A DNA stretch of 64,000 nucleotides, taken from assembly GCA_030704615.1 (NCBI GenBank), contig CM060731.1, positions 37,200,001 to 37,264,000 on the forward strand, in the 5' to 3' direction. Below are positions 1 to 12,809 of the stretch, one piece after another (the stretch's first letter is position 1; the number at the start of each line of letters is the position of its first letter). This stretch comes from Takakia lepidozioides. Taxonomy: Eukaryota; Plantae; Bryophyta. A program made the translations under genes and the position numbers. Under the pieces are notes generated by a model that saw only the letters and a program-made list of their open reading frames with translations, did not search any database and was not told the origin of the DNA.

Positions 1-139
1 GACAAGCCTGTCAGGCTGAGGTGCATCAAAGGCAGCAAATCATAAGTCAAAAGTAAGAAACCAGGAGCAAGCGGGCCGAAATCGGGGCTGCCGGCAGCAG
101 CCAAGTAAAGACGCCATACACACTAGGTTCCCGTTGCCC

Positions 140-1370
140 ACATCCTTATCTGCAAGCTCAAGAGAATTCAAAGCAAGTAGGATCCTCACCTAGTCCCATC
201 ACAAACCCCCACAAAAACCAACAGGTTAGTGAGGATTGTGGAACCCTAGGTGAATCACAGACCCCTACACTTGTCATCGATGTCAACTAAGAACCTCAAA
301 ATCAAGAGAGAAAGACATAAAGCAAAAGGAACCCTAATCACCAAAAGCACCTTGAGCGATTGGGGAAGATAACCATGCGCCATCGCCACCAACAAGTCAC
401 CTCTAGCAAAGCAAAGGAGAAGTGAAGCATACAAGCACTCTTGCTACGTTTAAGAAGGGAGAGAGAGATACTTCCCAACACAAGCGCCGCTGCGAAAATT
501 AAAAGCCAGAGGAGGGAAAGAGACGATGCATTCAGAGCATAGTCTCCCGCCTATGAGAAGAGACAAAGCGCCGCCATTGCGCATCCCCAGGAGATCGTCC
601 AGCATGGGTACGATGCAACAAACAGGGTAGCAGCAAAATGTAGACGCCATAACGCTCATCCCGCGAGCTCAAAAGCACGAGCAGTGCTTCTGACGGCGGG
701 AGAGACACCCTAGGGCTCTTGCCCGATTTTTCATCCGTGCAAGATGAGTAATCAACACCACATGTTTCGAAACCCGACGGATGTCATCCGTTAGCTAGGT
801 TTAAACAGTAGGTTATAGGGTAGGGGATACGGTTTCACTCCTTAATTAACCATAATTAAGAGTAATTAATCATCAGTCCAAGGCCATCATAGGCTGTACA
901 TTTCATCCGGTTCAGATGAAAAAGTCATTGAGTTCATCCGTTGGAGAAAGTTCGTCAATAGAATGGAAAAACAGTAAATAACATCCAAAGCATCGGTTTT
1001 ACATCCTAACAGGTAATTCAACATCCCCAAAAGAATTTTTTTGTGCCTCATCCAGTACGGAAAAAAAGCTATAAAAGAGGAATGAACGAATTAGTATCAT
1101 GGTATTTTTCATCCGGTATGGATGGAAAAATAGGATGCCAGTGGCAACCCCTACAGAGGTAATTCCTCATTCTCTGGTGACTCATCCGGTATGGGTGAAA
1201 GTCAATAAAAGAAGAATGAAAAAATCATAAACTCAGCTTAGAGGTAATTTAATGTCCACCCTGGTAATTCATCCGGTATGGATGAAAAAATGTTATAGGG
1301 CGGGTGAAAAAATTGTCACAATCCATCCGGAAAAATAGGAAATTAACACTGATAAAACCGGCCAATTCCA
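140..1370 (-). repeat. Unclassified repeat family, copy a (CATCC/GGATG-rich block plus GC-rich leader)
   Basis: 175-330 aligns by eye to the reverse complement of 2470-2615 and of 9070-9160. TCATCC/GGATGA motifs are dense over 730-1330. Confidence 0.65.
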
Positions 1371-1373
1371 AGG

Positions 1374-1530
1374 AGGGAGGGAGACAGAGGGAGAGGCAAC
1401 AAAGGAAAAAAAAAAATGGGGGGGGTGTGACCAGTTGCTTAGTCACACACCCCCCCCCCCCCCCCCCCATTTTTTTATTTTATTTTTTGGTTTCCCTCTC
1501 TCTCCCTCTCTCTCCCTCTCTCTCCCTCTG
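1374..1530. repeat. Palindromic low-complexity unit: GA-rich arm, G-tract, GTGAC..GTCAC, C-tract, CT-rich arm
   Basis: Seen directly. Related units at 3885-4065 and a half unit at 4603-4685. Confidence 0.7.
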
Positions 1531-2640
1531 GAAACTGGGCTTATGGAATTGTTGTCCCGACTTCCATCTTTGAGGAAATTGAAAAAAATTGAAAAATTGG
1601 GTTGCAGGGAATTTTGGATGTTTTTCATCCAAAATACTAATTTTTCCCTAGTGAAATATTTCTTCACTAAATACCTGTGAGTTGCAAAACTCCCGTCAGT
1701 TTCTACTTTTTCAATCCAACCTGGATGAAAAAAGGACTTCATCTGACAGGACCTAAATACGGGACAAGACAAGTATAAACCCCTGATGTTTTTCATCTAA
1801 CCTAGATGAAATACGGACTACATCCGTTGAGTACACGATGTCTTTCATCTTCCGCGAATGAGAAACGGACAACGTCCGTCAGGCTTACAGGCTGACGGAT
1901 GTTTTTCATCCTGAGAAGGATGAATGATGGGCCAGACAAGGGAAAACCCTGCGCAACCCTAATGTCTTTCTTTTTGCGCTGCGAGAGAGCGCGCGCGCTT
2001 GGGAGGAGCGATGGTGCTCGTGCTGCAGATACCTTGAGTTGCCAATCCTTGAGTGTTTATGGCTCCTGTGAGCGCCGCCTATGCAGGCTCTTTAAGGCGA
2101 TGGCGGTGGCTTAGAGATGAGGGAAGATTCACTGTCTCAGTTGTCTATTTTTTTGCTGCACAAGGGAACCGCGGCAGTGATGGCGGAGGTACCACCTGCA
2201 TGCTTATGACGTTTCCCTAGGAGCCCTCCTCTGGATCTTTGATGAATGGCGGCGTCTTGGTAGAACAAGGAAGTCTCTCTCCCTCCCTTTATAAACCCTA
2301 CCTTTTGAGACCAAGCTCTTTTTTCATGTGCTTGACAAGACTTTGCTTTGGTTGAGGTAGCAGTGCTGTGGTGCTGGCGGAGTCCTCCCTGCACGGTTAG
2401 GCTTGTGGAGAGATGGCAACTCTCCCCCAGACAGTAAAAAAGGTTCTTTTTTCTGTTTGTTTTGCTTCCCGCTTTCTTGCATTCTCTGCGCTTAGATTCA
2501 AGTGTATGTGACCTCGATAGCAAGTGTGGAAGCCTGTTACTCACCTCGTGCATCCTCACTAACTCACAATGAGTTGTGGTTGTTTTTGGGACGTGCACAG
2601 GTGAGGGCTTCCACTTAATATTCTGATGTCTAGGTGCTAC
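1530..2640 (+). repeat. Unclassified repeat family, copy b (inverted relative to copy a)
   Basis: CATCC-rich 1560-1930. CAGGTGAGGGCTTCCACTTAATA at ~2598-2620 matches 9143-9165 and the reverse complement of 175-190. Confidence 0.6.
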
Positions 2641-4064
2641 TGGATGCCAAGTGGGATTGCAGAGCAGGGGAAGGAATCGCTTGCCAGGGACTCATCTTAA
2701 AATGTTGAAAAACTAAACTACTCTATGGTTTTTCTTGATCCTACCTCTTTCCTTCCTTTATTTTTGAAGAACAAGTGTAATGCTTTCTACGATGGGCTAT
2801 TTTCGGCCTAGCCAGTGGAAGACCTCTGCTTTGTTGTGACAGCCGGGTTTATGATGGCTTGTGTGAGAGACACCATCTGTTTTCCAAGCACTAGTTTGCT
2901 TTGCTTACCTTATGGTAGTTGGAAACAATTTGAGAGGCTGCAAGGAACTGTTTGTTGCAGCTATTCAGGTACCCATATTGGCCCCTGTTATGTTCCAACC
3001 CGGATGGCTTTGTTAGCTAGAGGTATGGTGAAGATTCTGCCTGTGGATATTCGGCTGACAATGAAATATGACAGCAATATATAATTGGTAACTGGTTTTT
3101 GAGGCAGCCAGGGTGGTCAAGTGGAAATACCCCCTGGACATGGTGTAATGACATGGTCAAATGTGGAATGATGTGAAAGGTGTACTGACAGTATCATATA
3201 CTGTCACAGGATGTGTATGCAGTCCTTTATCTTTACCTTGTTGTGTCATGAACTTTGATTTTCAGCTCTAGCAAGAAATAAAGGTATAGGGGTAATCTGG
3301 AAAACTTACCAGACATATCCACCTCCCCTGTGGGGGCAAGCTGTGCTGCAGACCAGTCTAAACCAATACCGGCAGGGCAAGGTATTTAAAATCTGTGATG
3401 TCTAAGTGTTCTTTTTGTTCTCTCTGATTTCTTAAAAAAAACCCTCCATGACACCCATGGGGTTTGAATAAGTATGCTTGGACTACAGCTTGCAGACAGT
3501 AAATCTGTATGACCATTTGACCTGCAACACATCAAGGCCAAAATATGGCCAAGTACCCGCCATCCCACCCATACCTCTGAATGTATATCTTGATCATGAC
3601 TGGTGGTCAATCAGCATCAGGGGCATACTCTTTGGGTTATGAATAAAACTGACATGATTACATTACTGTGCATGGATGTAATTCTGGATTTTCTAAAGCT
3701 TGATGATTGATGGATGGTGCCACTGTTAAGTGGCTGATATGTCTGATTATTCTTCTTATTCATGACAACGACCTTAGGGGTCCTGTCTTTGTCTTGACAT
3801 GACAAAAAATATCTTCCCTCTTTTTTAAGCTCCCGACGAGATGAGTTTAAGGTCAGATGGTGGGGTCAGCTGCTTTTGTTTCCCCAAGAGAGGGGGCAAC
3901 AAAGAAAAAAAATGAATGTGGGGGGGGAGTGACTGAGCAGCAGCAGCTGCTCGATCACTCCCCCCCCCCCCACCTTCTTTTCTTTTCTTTCTTGCCCCCT
4001 GATGTCTCCCTCTCACTCCCTCTCTCTGTCCCTCTCCCCCTCTCCCTCTCCCTCTCTCTCCTCT

Positions 4065-4602
4065 CTTATGTGCTACTCTCTTTTAAGCTCCCGACAAGAT
4101 AAATTCAAGGTCAGATGGTGGGTTCAGCTGTAACATATGTCCAACACCAGATATCCTAAGTTAATCGACTCTATATCTTGGAAACAGGACTGCCCTGTCA
4201 AACAGGGTAAGCCCTGGGAGAAGAGAGTAGAAGAGATTCTCAAGGATCAGAATCTGGACCTGCAAGTTTTGACCTTGCTGGATGAACCTGACTTAGAGAG
4301 TGTAGTGTCCAAAGCCATGTCTGTTACCATGGATGCGCTCAAGGGTCTATCCCACTCTTGGCACCAGACTGAAATTTAAACTTAGGACAGGAAGCCTACC
4401 TTTGAACAGTAAATAGAAGTAGAGAGGAAAGGGAGAGTGCAATTGCCCGTTATGTGGGTAATCTGAAGACAATATTCATTTTCTGATGTCCGGGGTTCTC
4501 TCACCAAAGAGACGCTCTCTTCAAATCTATCAAGGGAATTGTGCATGTACCTCTGTTTACCAACTTTAAAAGTCTCGAGGCTGAGCCAAAAGCCCAGCCC
4601 CT
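4065..4602 (+). mobile_element. 5'-truncated RTE/RTEX-like LINE ORF2 C-terminal fragment
   Basis: Frame-joined translation KFKVRWWVQL*HMSNTRYPK...W..RV and GTRLKFKLRTGSLPLN...CNCPLCG*SEDNIHFL. 4422-4600 is near-identical to 62088-62270. Confidence 0.75.
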
Positions 4603-5189
4603 TCTGCTCAGTAACCCCCCCCCCAACTTTTTTTGTTTTGTTTTGTTTCGTCATCTCTTCCTCTCTCTCCTACTCTCTCTCTCACTTTTGATGTGACATA
4701 CAAGTTATGGACAACTCTCGACATCTTTCCTTTGATCCCACATGACAAGACAGACCATAGACCATCTCCCCACCCTGACCTACCTCTGATGCTGCTGGTG
4801 CTTCAAGCAAGCTGTTGCGGCTGCCAACGACGCGGGTCCCCGCTGATGTAGGGCGTCTCTCCCCCGCTCACCACGGCCTCTCTCTCTTCAGCGAGTTTAG
4901 ATCGCGCTTCTGCGCGGCGTTTCTACCACATAGGGGAGAGAGAGATCAGCCCGTGCTTAGGGCAAGAAAACAAGAGAGAAAGTGAGGGAGGAGGCGGTGC
5001 TTACCTTGGGCGTTGGAGCAGCGTTGGGGCAAACTCCTTGGGGCCTTGCGACCACCTCGGGCTCAACAGCAGGTGCGTTTCTTCTCCACCCTAAACCCCA
5101 CTCTCCGAACTACCTCTCTCCCAAAGACCAAACAAAAACGGGAGGGGAAGGAGGTGCTTCAAGCACTTAGGGAAAAAAATAAATAAACG

Positions 5190-5535
5190 CGGCGCCTACG
5201 TGCGACGCCCAGCCGTCGCACGCATGCGCCCCACCCTTTTGTTGAAATGTATAAATGGTATTCTCGACAGCGGCCCGTCGCTGCTTGCGACCCTCGGCCC
5301 CATAAATTAAAAAAACACGTCACCTCCCACGACGGCTTTCCGTCGTGGGGTGCGACCCCCAGCTAAAAAGTGAAGAAAAAACCCGTTGACAAAAATGCGA
5401 CGCGAGGGTGTCGCAGGAGGCGACGACCGACCTTTCTGGGTTTAGGGTTAAGCGGCGTTTGGGGTTCTTAGTTTTTATTTTTATTTTGTTTGTTTTCATA
5501 TGGTACTGGGTTAGGGTGTTTGCTTTTCTTTACGG
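5190..5535. repeat. CACTA-type GCGAC/GTCGC repeat block; 5390-5530 is an inverted homolog of 18080-18230
   Basis: The reverse complement of 5400-5530 (AAACACCCTAACCCAGTACCATATG...ACTAAGAACCC...CGTCGCCTCCTGCGAC) matches 18085-18212. Confidence 0.75.
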
Positions 5536-5845
5536 TGCTGGGTTTTGGATTGGCGGTTTTGGTTGTGGGTCTTGGGGTTGAAAGGATAAACGGTGTAATT
5601 AGGATTCACATACCCAAAATGTGGTTCAATCTGATAAGCGCAAAGCGCTGGGTCTCAATAAAAAATTTCATGGTGTGGGCATCCTGAAGATAGAACGTGA
5701 GGAAGGATTTATTGTCTTGGGCTCTCTAGCACCATAGGGATGTTCCGCCTTTGGTTATCAATTTTGAAAGCCCCGAGGCTGAGGCATAGGGTTTTTTCGC
5801 CAACGATTTTTTAGAAATGAAATTGTTAGTGGTGTGTGTTAATTA

Positions 5846-7005
5846 GGATGCGATGGTGAGAAATATCGAACCGTCTCCCTCGAGGATGGGGAGGTAGTAC
5901 CACATATTGATTGTGGCCCTAGAGCGACCATTTTTTGTGGCAAGGAGCCACCCATTGCACCTGATTCAATACAGGCTGTCAGGCACAATCGTAGAAGGGA
6001 CCGGGGCCAAATTTCAGGTGATGCGGCGGATGTTGACACTTCGGGATCGAGTCGGGCGCGCCGCGAGTTGCCCCCTCGCGGGCCACCCCATCCAACCACG
6101 TCCACCTTTGACCCCCCCGACATTGGTGCACTAAGTGTTGGGAACAGATACCACCGGGCGGCACCAGACCACCGAGGCGGCGACCGCATGTTGTCGAAAA
6201 ACATTACAAGAAGAACAGGATTGCAGATGCGGCAAAGATGAGTATTTTTCCCACCCCTCTCATTAACATTCATTTAAGGTACATTTAGGTTTATCTAATA
6301 ATATAGTATGATTGGTAAGCATACATGAATCCAAATTACGACATAAGTATTGATGCGTCGTTCATTACGCATATTGCAGCCACGACTTGATGCCCAAGCT
6401 CGCAATCACATTGCACAGGAGGCATTTCGCGCCGGTCTCCACGTGCATGTGCCCCCCGAAACTCTAGGAGGGGTCGACTTCACCCTACGTTTCCTCCCCT
6501 TCGGCTTGGGCGGCCTGAGCCGGATCCTCGCCCCCGATGGGAAGCGCATAGGACTATGTTACTGAGGACCGTCCAGCCTCGTTGTTGGGGGAATCATGTC
6601 GACCCTCCCACCCCCATCTGAGAGAATGTGGAGTTTGAGTATTGGGGGAGACGGTATGTTGTGAGAGCCGCTACAGACCTTGCTATGGGTCGGGGTTTAT
6701 TCACGGTCAATGATATTGTGGTTTCTCCTCGGAGAAACAGCATGGTAGACTTGTTTCCCTACTACGGTCCATACTACACCTCCGCGGAGTTCCGTACATT
6801 ACGCCTCAAAGCCCCATACATCCTACCCTATATTTTATGTGTCAACGGACAGGATGTACGTAGACGGGGGTTGTCTCCCATTGAGATCAAATTTTGTGAT
6901 GGTGACCCCGACATCTTCGGCAATGTTGCTGGGCTGGTCAACAGTTCTTTTGGTCATCCTAGGAGAACCAATGTAGTATGGGATGAGCGAAGCGATGGAG
7001 GCTGA
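5846..7005 (+). pseudogene. Degenerate gene with a C-terminally truncated SET-like domain (6628-7005), probably TE-borne
   Basis: GRGLF..NDI, PYYGP and DGDP..FGNVAGLVNSS...TNVVW resemble SET motifs GxGLF and GNxARFINHS..PN. Upstream open stretches at 5846-6240 and 6350-6565, with stops and a frameshift. Confidence 0.6.
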
Positions 7006-8209
7006 TTTGTCGTTAATTTGACAAAGACCTTGTTTGGTCTTGTCCATGTCCCAACAAGATAGTATATCTTCCCTCTCTTCTTTAGACCAGTGTACTTAGT
7101 GGTGTCTGTACACATTATCAATCACTCTCCCTTCTTTTTCCAGATCTGTATATGGCATACTAACACCTTTTTATGGCCATAAGAGATGGTGATCTAGCAC
7201 ATTCTTGAGTGGAGTGACACTTGATGAACTATCACCTGTTGGTTTTTGGCAGATGGTCAAAGCCATGGGATATCAGCCACCTCTTCCGCCATGAACATGG
7301 TGGGGAGCAAAACTCCTTCCTAAGGTATCATCTTCTCCAACAAAAATATATTGGATGATTGGGCATGGAAAATAAGGCATCCTTGATGATACCTAAGATA
7401 AACATTGAGCATCTAAAGGACGTCTGAACGCTGGCACTTTGAGCTAGGCCCTGGTAAGACAACATGCTGGAGTATGTGTGTACACCTTATACATGATCCG
7501 GTCAATGCACATTGCTCTCGTTTGCTGGTCTCTTGTAGCCAATGCCTTATGTCAGAGTTAGATACCTTATGATAAGAATGACTTCCATGTTCTTGGCTCA
7601 AATGCTTCTATGTCGCTCTTGGTTATGGCTTTGCTCTTTATAGCACCATAAAAAATACCCAATTCTATTTTATTGCTGGAAGATGTTTTGTTTGAATCAT
7701 AGGCAGTACATTACTGCCAATGACTAAAGAACAAATATTCATACCTCTTGGGAAAACTGGTTCTATAACCAGATTCTTGGCTGATACACAATAAAGGGGC
7801 TGATAAACAAGGGGCTGATAAATGTTTTTCCTGTTTGATGCTTCCTGACTTTGGGAGTTGAGGATTCTTTCATTGGCCTCTTCTTTCCATTACCAGAGCT
7901 TATGTGCGAGCTAAAAGGTAAAAGTTAAAACTCTACATTCTGATGTAAGTGTTGATGTACCTTCGCTTGTCACAGCTTGTTTTGTTTTTTGACCTTGGAG
8001 AATTGAGATTGTAGGCTTTTTTATTTGTATGGTTCCTTTGTAACCAGAAATAAAAGCTACAAAGAAGAGGGAGGTCTTTTATGTGATGGGGTCTGGTATG
8101 CACTCCCTTACGGGGTGAGTGCATACCACACTCACTCCATGAGGAGCTGCCATACCAGGGGATGGTTGGTGGGTTCCCTCTCTCTCCCTCTCTCTCCCTC
8201 CCTCCATGG

Positions 8210-9200
8210 ATCTGGCTGGTTCTTTTAAACCGATGGTTTAAACCCAGAGATATGTTAATTAATCCCTAATTAACTTCCTTGATATTTCGTTCATACTGGA
8301 TGATCTGTTGATGATGAAGTCATCAGATGGTGGATTTACCTTTAACAGAATTCAGCCATACCGGCTGATTTCTTACTTTACGGATGACGTCCGAATCTGG
8401 TTAACTTCGGTTAATTACCCTACTTGGATCTTTGGTTTATAAGGTCATGAGGTTTCTATCCTAATGAATGCCAAATGATTTTCATCCCTATCTAGATGTC
8501 ATCCCTGGCGGATGACACAGGGATGAAAAATCGGGATTTTATCAACCGTTTGTTGATGGAGCTCATCCCATGCGGATGAAATCGCGGGGAAATAGCTTCA
8601 TCTCCTCCCTGCCCTAATTTTCTGCACGACAATCGTGCTTACGGTTTGCTGGAACTGAGGGATGGTGGCGGAGTGCGCATTGAGCCCGATTCAGGGCCTT
8701 TGATTACTATGGTGCTGGCAAGATTCCAGTACTTTCTTCCTCTCTTGGGGTGCGCAATGGCGGCAGTGCCTTCAATTTCCCTGTGGCGGTTGTCTCTCAT
8801 GTTGGCGGGCGATCTACTCAGCTTGTGATCGTTTGTTGTGCCCTTCATTGATCATTAAGATACAACGGCGCATCTTAAGACCTCAGGGAAGTGAATGAAC
8901 CTGTTAAAATGCTTGGGCAATCCACTCTTTTTGTGTTTTGTTGTTTGTTGGTTTTGGGAGCCATTTTACAGGCTTCTCTTCTGCAAACCATCAAGGTGAT
9001 GGCTTGTTTATGCTCTGATTTCTTTCTACTCCTGCTTTGGAATGCATGTTGTACAGCGATAACAAGCGTGAGACCTATGATTCACCTGGGGTTCCACAAT
9101 CCTTACTAACCTGTCGGTTTTTGTGGGGGCTTGTGATGGGACCAGGTGAGGGTCCTCACTTAATATAATTCTTTGAGCTTGAAGTTGAATGAAATCGAGC
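8210..9200 (+). repeat. Unclassified repeat family, copy c
   Basis: CATCC/GGATG-rich 8290-8600. 9070-9180 is an inverted match to 155-262. Confidence 0.7.
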
Positions 9201-9255
9201 TACTGATGCGACGCCGCAACTTCTGTATCATTGGGGGAGAAGACCTCTTTCTGCC

Positions 9256-12200
9256 TCCTTGTCCTTGATAAATTGAGAGAAAAAAGACTATATGCCAAGT
9301 TGAAAAAATATCTTTTCCACCAATCTGAAGTCGAATTTTTGGGCTACATTATTTCCGACAAAAGAGTCTTTATGGATCAGAAGAAAATACAAACCATCAT
9401 CGAGTGGATTAAACCAACTTCGGTCCGAGATGTACAATGTTTTCTAGGATTTGCAAATTTCTATAGAATCTTCATCAAAGATTACTCCAAAATTGCTGCA
9501 CCATTGACACGACACACATGGAAGGACAAATTTGTATGGGACGAGAAGGCTAACCAGACATTTGAAAGGCTGAAGCAGACATTTACAACGGCTCCAATAC
9601 TGGTACATGCAGACCAATCTAAACCATTCTTTTTTGAAGCAGATGCATCGGACTTTGCACTTGACGCGGTACTCTCTCAATACGGTACAGATGGCCGACT
9701 TCACCCTGTTGGTTTTCGTTCTCGCAAATTTTCCGCTGCGGAGATCAATTATGAAATCCATGATAAGAATTTCTAGCGATTATTGATGCTTTTGAGGAGT
9801 GACATCATCTATTGGAGGGAGCTCTAACATCAGGTACACCTAATCACAAAAACCTTGAGTATTTTATGAGTGCTCGTGTTTTGAATCGACGTCAAGCGAG
9901 ATAGAGTATATCACTAGCAAGGTTTGATTTTGTTATTACCTACCGTCCCGGACATCTTCAAGAAAAACCAGATGTTCTTTCTCGTCGATCGTATCTTGCG
10001 CCAAAAGAAGGGGATGCAGCTTTTGACCAACAAAAATCCATCATCTTGAAACCAACAAATATCCAAGTGAACATGTTATCCATGTCCACCTGTGACGATG
10101 TAGAGATCATAAAGAAGATTCAGGAAGCACTGAAGAGCGACCAATTTGCTACGATACTACGAAGTCAACTAAATCGACCTCGAGACAACCCACATATTAC
10201 AAACGACTTCGAATTCAAAGATGACTTACTTTATTTCAAGGGACTTCTCTATGTACATCCAGGATCTACACGACTTAGAATTCTTCAAACATGTCATGAT
10301 TTTTCGGCTGCAGGACATTTCGGCTTCAACAAAACAATGGAATTGATATCTTGGGACTACTGGTGGCCGCAGATGTGGAAACTCGTGAAAGAATTTATAA
10401 AATCTTGCGACACGTGTGCTAAAGCGAAGGGACCACGACATCGACCTTACGGCTTTCTTCAACCATTACCCATTCCCAAGGGTCCATGGTCGTCCGTGTC
10501 TATGGACTTTATTACAGACCTTCCAGTTTCCAAGACCACCGATTCAATCCTTGTTATTGTATATCGTTTTACAAAGATGACACATTTCATTCCATGTAAT
10601 AAGATGCTTACTGGCGAGGAAACTACAAGACTCTTCCTCAATAATATCTACCGCATTCATGGACTCCCGAAGGACATCATATCTGATCGAGGACCACAGT
10701 TCATATCAAATTTCTGGAGGGGATTATTTCACATATTGGATACTAAGATCAACCTCTCTACAGCTAATCATCCACAAACTGATAGTCAAACCGAAAGTGT
10801 AAACCAGATTTTGGAGCAGTATCTTCGTTGTACGATAAATTATCACAAAGATAATTGGACGGACCTTCTGTCATTGGCTGAGTTTGCCTACACAACACTA
10901 TACATTCTTCGACCAAGCAAACTCAATTTTTCTCCAATTATGGTCATCGTCCTCGAGCAAACCATTTCCACATGAAGACTGTTGGAAGCCTTGCTAAAGA
11001 AAACCTTGCTACTCATCTCGCTACGATTCACAAGGAGCTTATATTCCACCTCGCAGAAGCTCAAAAACAATACAAGAAATATGCAGATCAACGTCGCCAA
11101 CTCCAACCCAGTTCAAGGTCGGAGATCATGTGTGGCTTCTTCGACGGGACATACAAACCTCGCGACCATCAGGGAAGTTGGATTATCAACGCCTGGGACC
11201 ATTCAAAATTATTCGACAAATAAATCCGGTCAGTTTTTGGCTTAAACTCCCACGAAGTATGCGCATCCATCCAGTCTTTCATGTTTCATTATTGGAGTTG
11301 TATAATCCATCGAATATTCGAGGGAGAGTCTCCGTACCACCTCCACCAATCGAAGTCAATCAGGAAATTGAGTATGAAGTCGACGAAGTCCTAGACTCTC
11401 GCATCAAGTATAAACGTCTTGAGTATTTCGTATATTGGAAAGGTTACGACATCAGCGAACGAACGTGGGAACCTTCATCCAACCTCGCCAATGCATCTGA
11501 CAAAGTCCAAGAGTTTCATCAACGATATCTTGCTAAGCCCCGAGCTACACGTCAATAAGACGTCACAACGATGATGTCAGCCAAGTTAGCTTCAAGGTGA
11601 AGATTCCACATTCAATGTACCTGATATACGCTACGGAGGGACAAGCACCACACATCAGTATATATAGCTACACTTCCAGCACTCTTACATCTGGTATTGG
11701 CAGTATGGAGTCACATGAACCGGATACATTGGAGTTGTCGCTTACCCAACTACCAGATCAGCCGTTCTGACTCTCACGACCTTCAACATCACGTTGACGC
11801 TCTCGAGACGATGGGCCACCAATGCGACGCGTACTTCCTCGTTTGGACCCCATACGACGGCAAGTGGAGCCTACTCGAAGTCTGATAATTCTGTTGGAGG
11901 TTGAGGCTTCGGACCGAGAGGGCAACAAAATCATGTTTGAAGGCAGCTTTGAAAATCAGAATGCTCAAATCACTGCGTGGTCCCAAGCTCAAGGTATTGG
12001 GCATTATCGATGGTTGTAGGGACCTATAAATCATTTGAGTCAAGAACGAAGAGCCGAATACTTGACAAATACATTTTGGATTTTCTCCAACTCTAAGCAA
12101 GTCCAAGATTTTACCACTCCTCGAGGAACTCGGCGCTAGAGGAGGGGTGATGTCACGGACATAGCCCAGAAGAACTTACCAGGAGTAAATACCAGAAGTT

Positions 12201-12808
12201 ACCAAGTTATCAAGTTACCAGAAGTTACCAAGTTATCAAGTTACCAGAAGTTACCATGATTTACCGTGATTTATCATAATCTACCATGATTTACCATTAC
12301 TTACCAAGTTACCGGGAGTTTACCAACTTACTAAGAGTAACTTGGGAAACTGCTCAAAAAGCTTCTTTTGGAGAAAACTTCTCCATCAAGATACCTCCTT
12401 TGTTTAAGGAAGCTTCTCCATTAAGAAACCTTTGTTTAATCTTGGAAACTTCTCCAGCAAGAAACCTCCATAGGGGAAGCTTCTTAGGGAAGCTTCTTAG
12501 TAGCCAGTATATATAGGAGGCGAGACTGGACACTCTTCAGTCTCGCCAACACCAGTTCAAGCTATTCTTGTTTCCAGTTCCCAATACTCTAGCCCAGTTT
12601 CTAGTATCTGGTATTCTAGTCCAGTTTCCAGCATTCCAATATTCAAGTCGTGTTCCAATATCTTGTACTCTTGTTCATTGTTATAAAGATCGTCTTGATT
12701 CCTATTTATTCATCGTGCATACGGCCACGCCAACCTTGACTTCTTGTCTAGTCTTGTACCTCTAGTCTGATTTCTTGTTTGTGTTCAGTCATGTTCTTGT
12801 CTTTGATA
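9256..12808 (+). mobile_element. 5'-truncated Ty3/Gypsy chromovirus (Tcn1-like), copy 1: RT end, RNase H, integrase, chromodomain, PPT, 3' LTR
   Basis: FLGYIIS, FLGFANFYR, EADASD, NYEIHDK; AGHFG..CDTC, SMDFITDLP, SDRGPQF; HPVFHVSLL; chromodomain EYEVDEVLDSR..WKGY..TWEP. Contains stops and frameshifts. Confidence 0.95.
12151..12808 (+). repeat. 3' LTR of chromovirus copy 1
   Basis: Follows PPT AGAGGAGGGGTGA, starts TGTCAC, ends TGATA (mutated TGACA). Contains TTACCA repeats and a TATA at ~12508. Aligns with 44155-44768. Confidence 0.9.
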
Positions 12809-12809
12809 C

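Noticed and set aside
4740-5170. Minus-strand exon fragments of a possible CACTA second gene
   Set aside because: Splice-like signals are present, but the peptide is too short and has no recognisable motif.
12175-12330. TTACCA-type repeats as a CRISPR array or telomere
   Set aside because: They are degenerate short repeats in the LTR U3, with no spacers, and are not TTTAGGG arrays.
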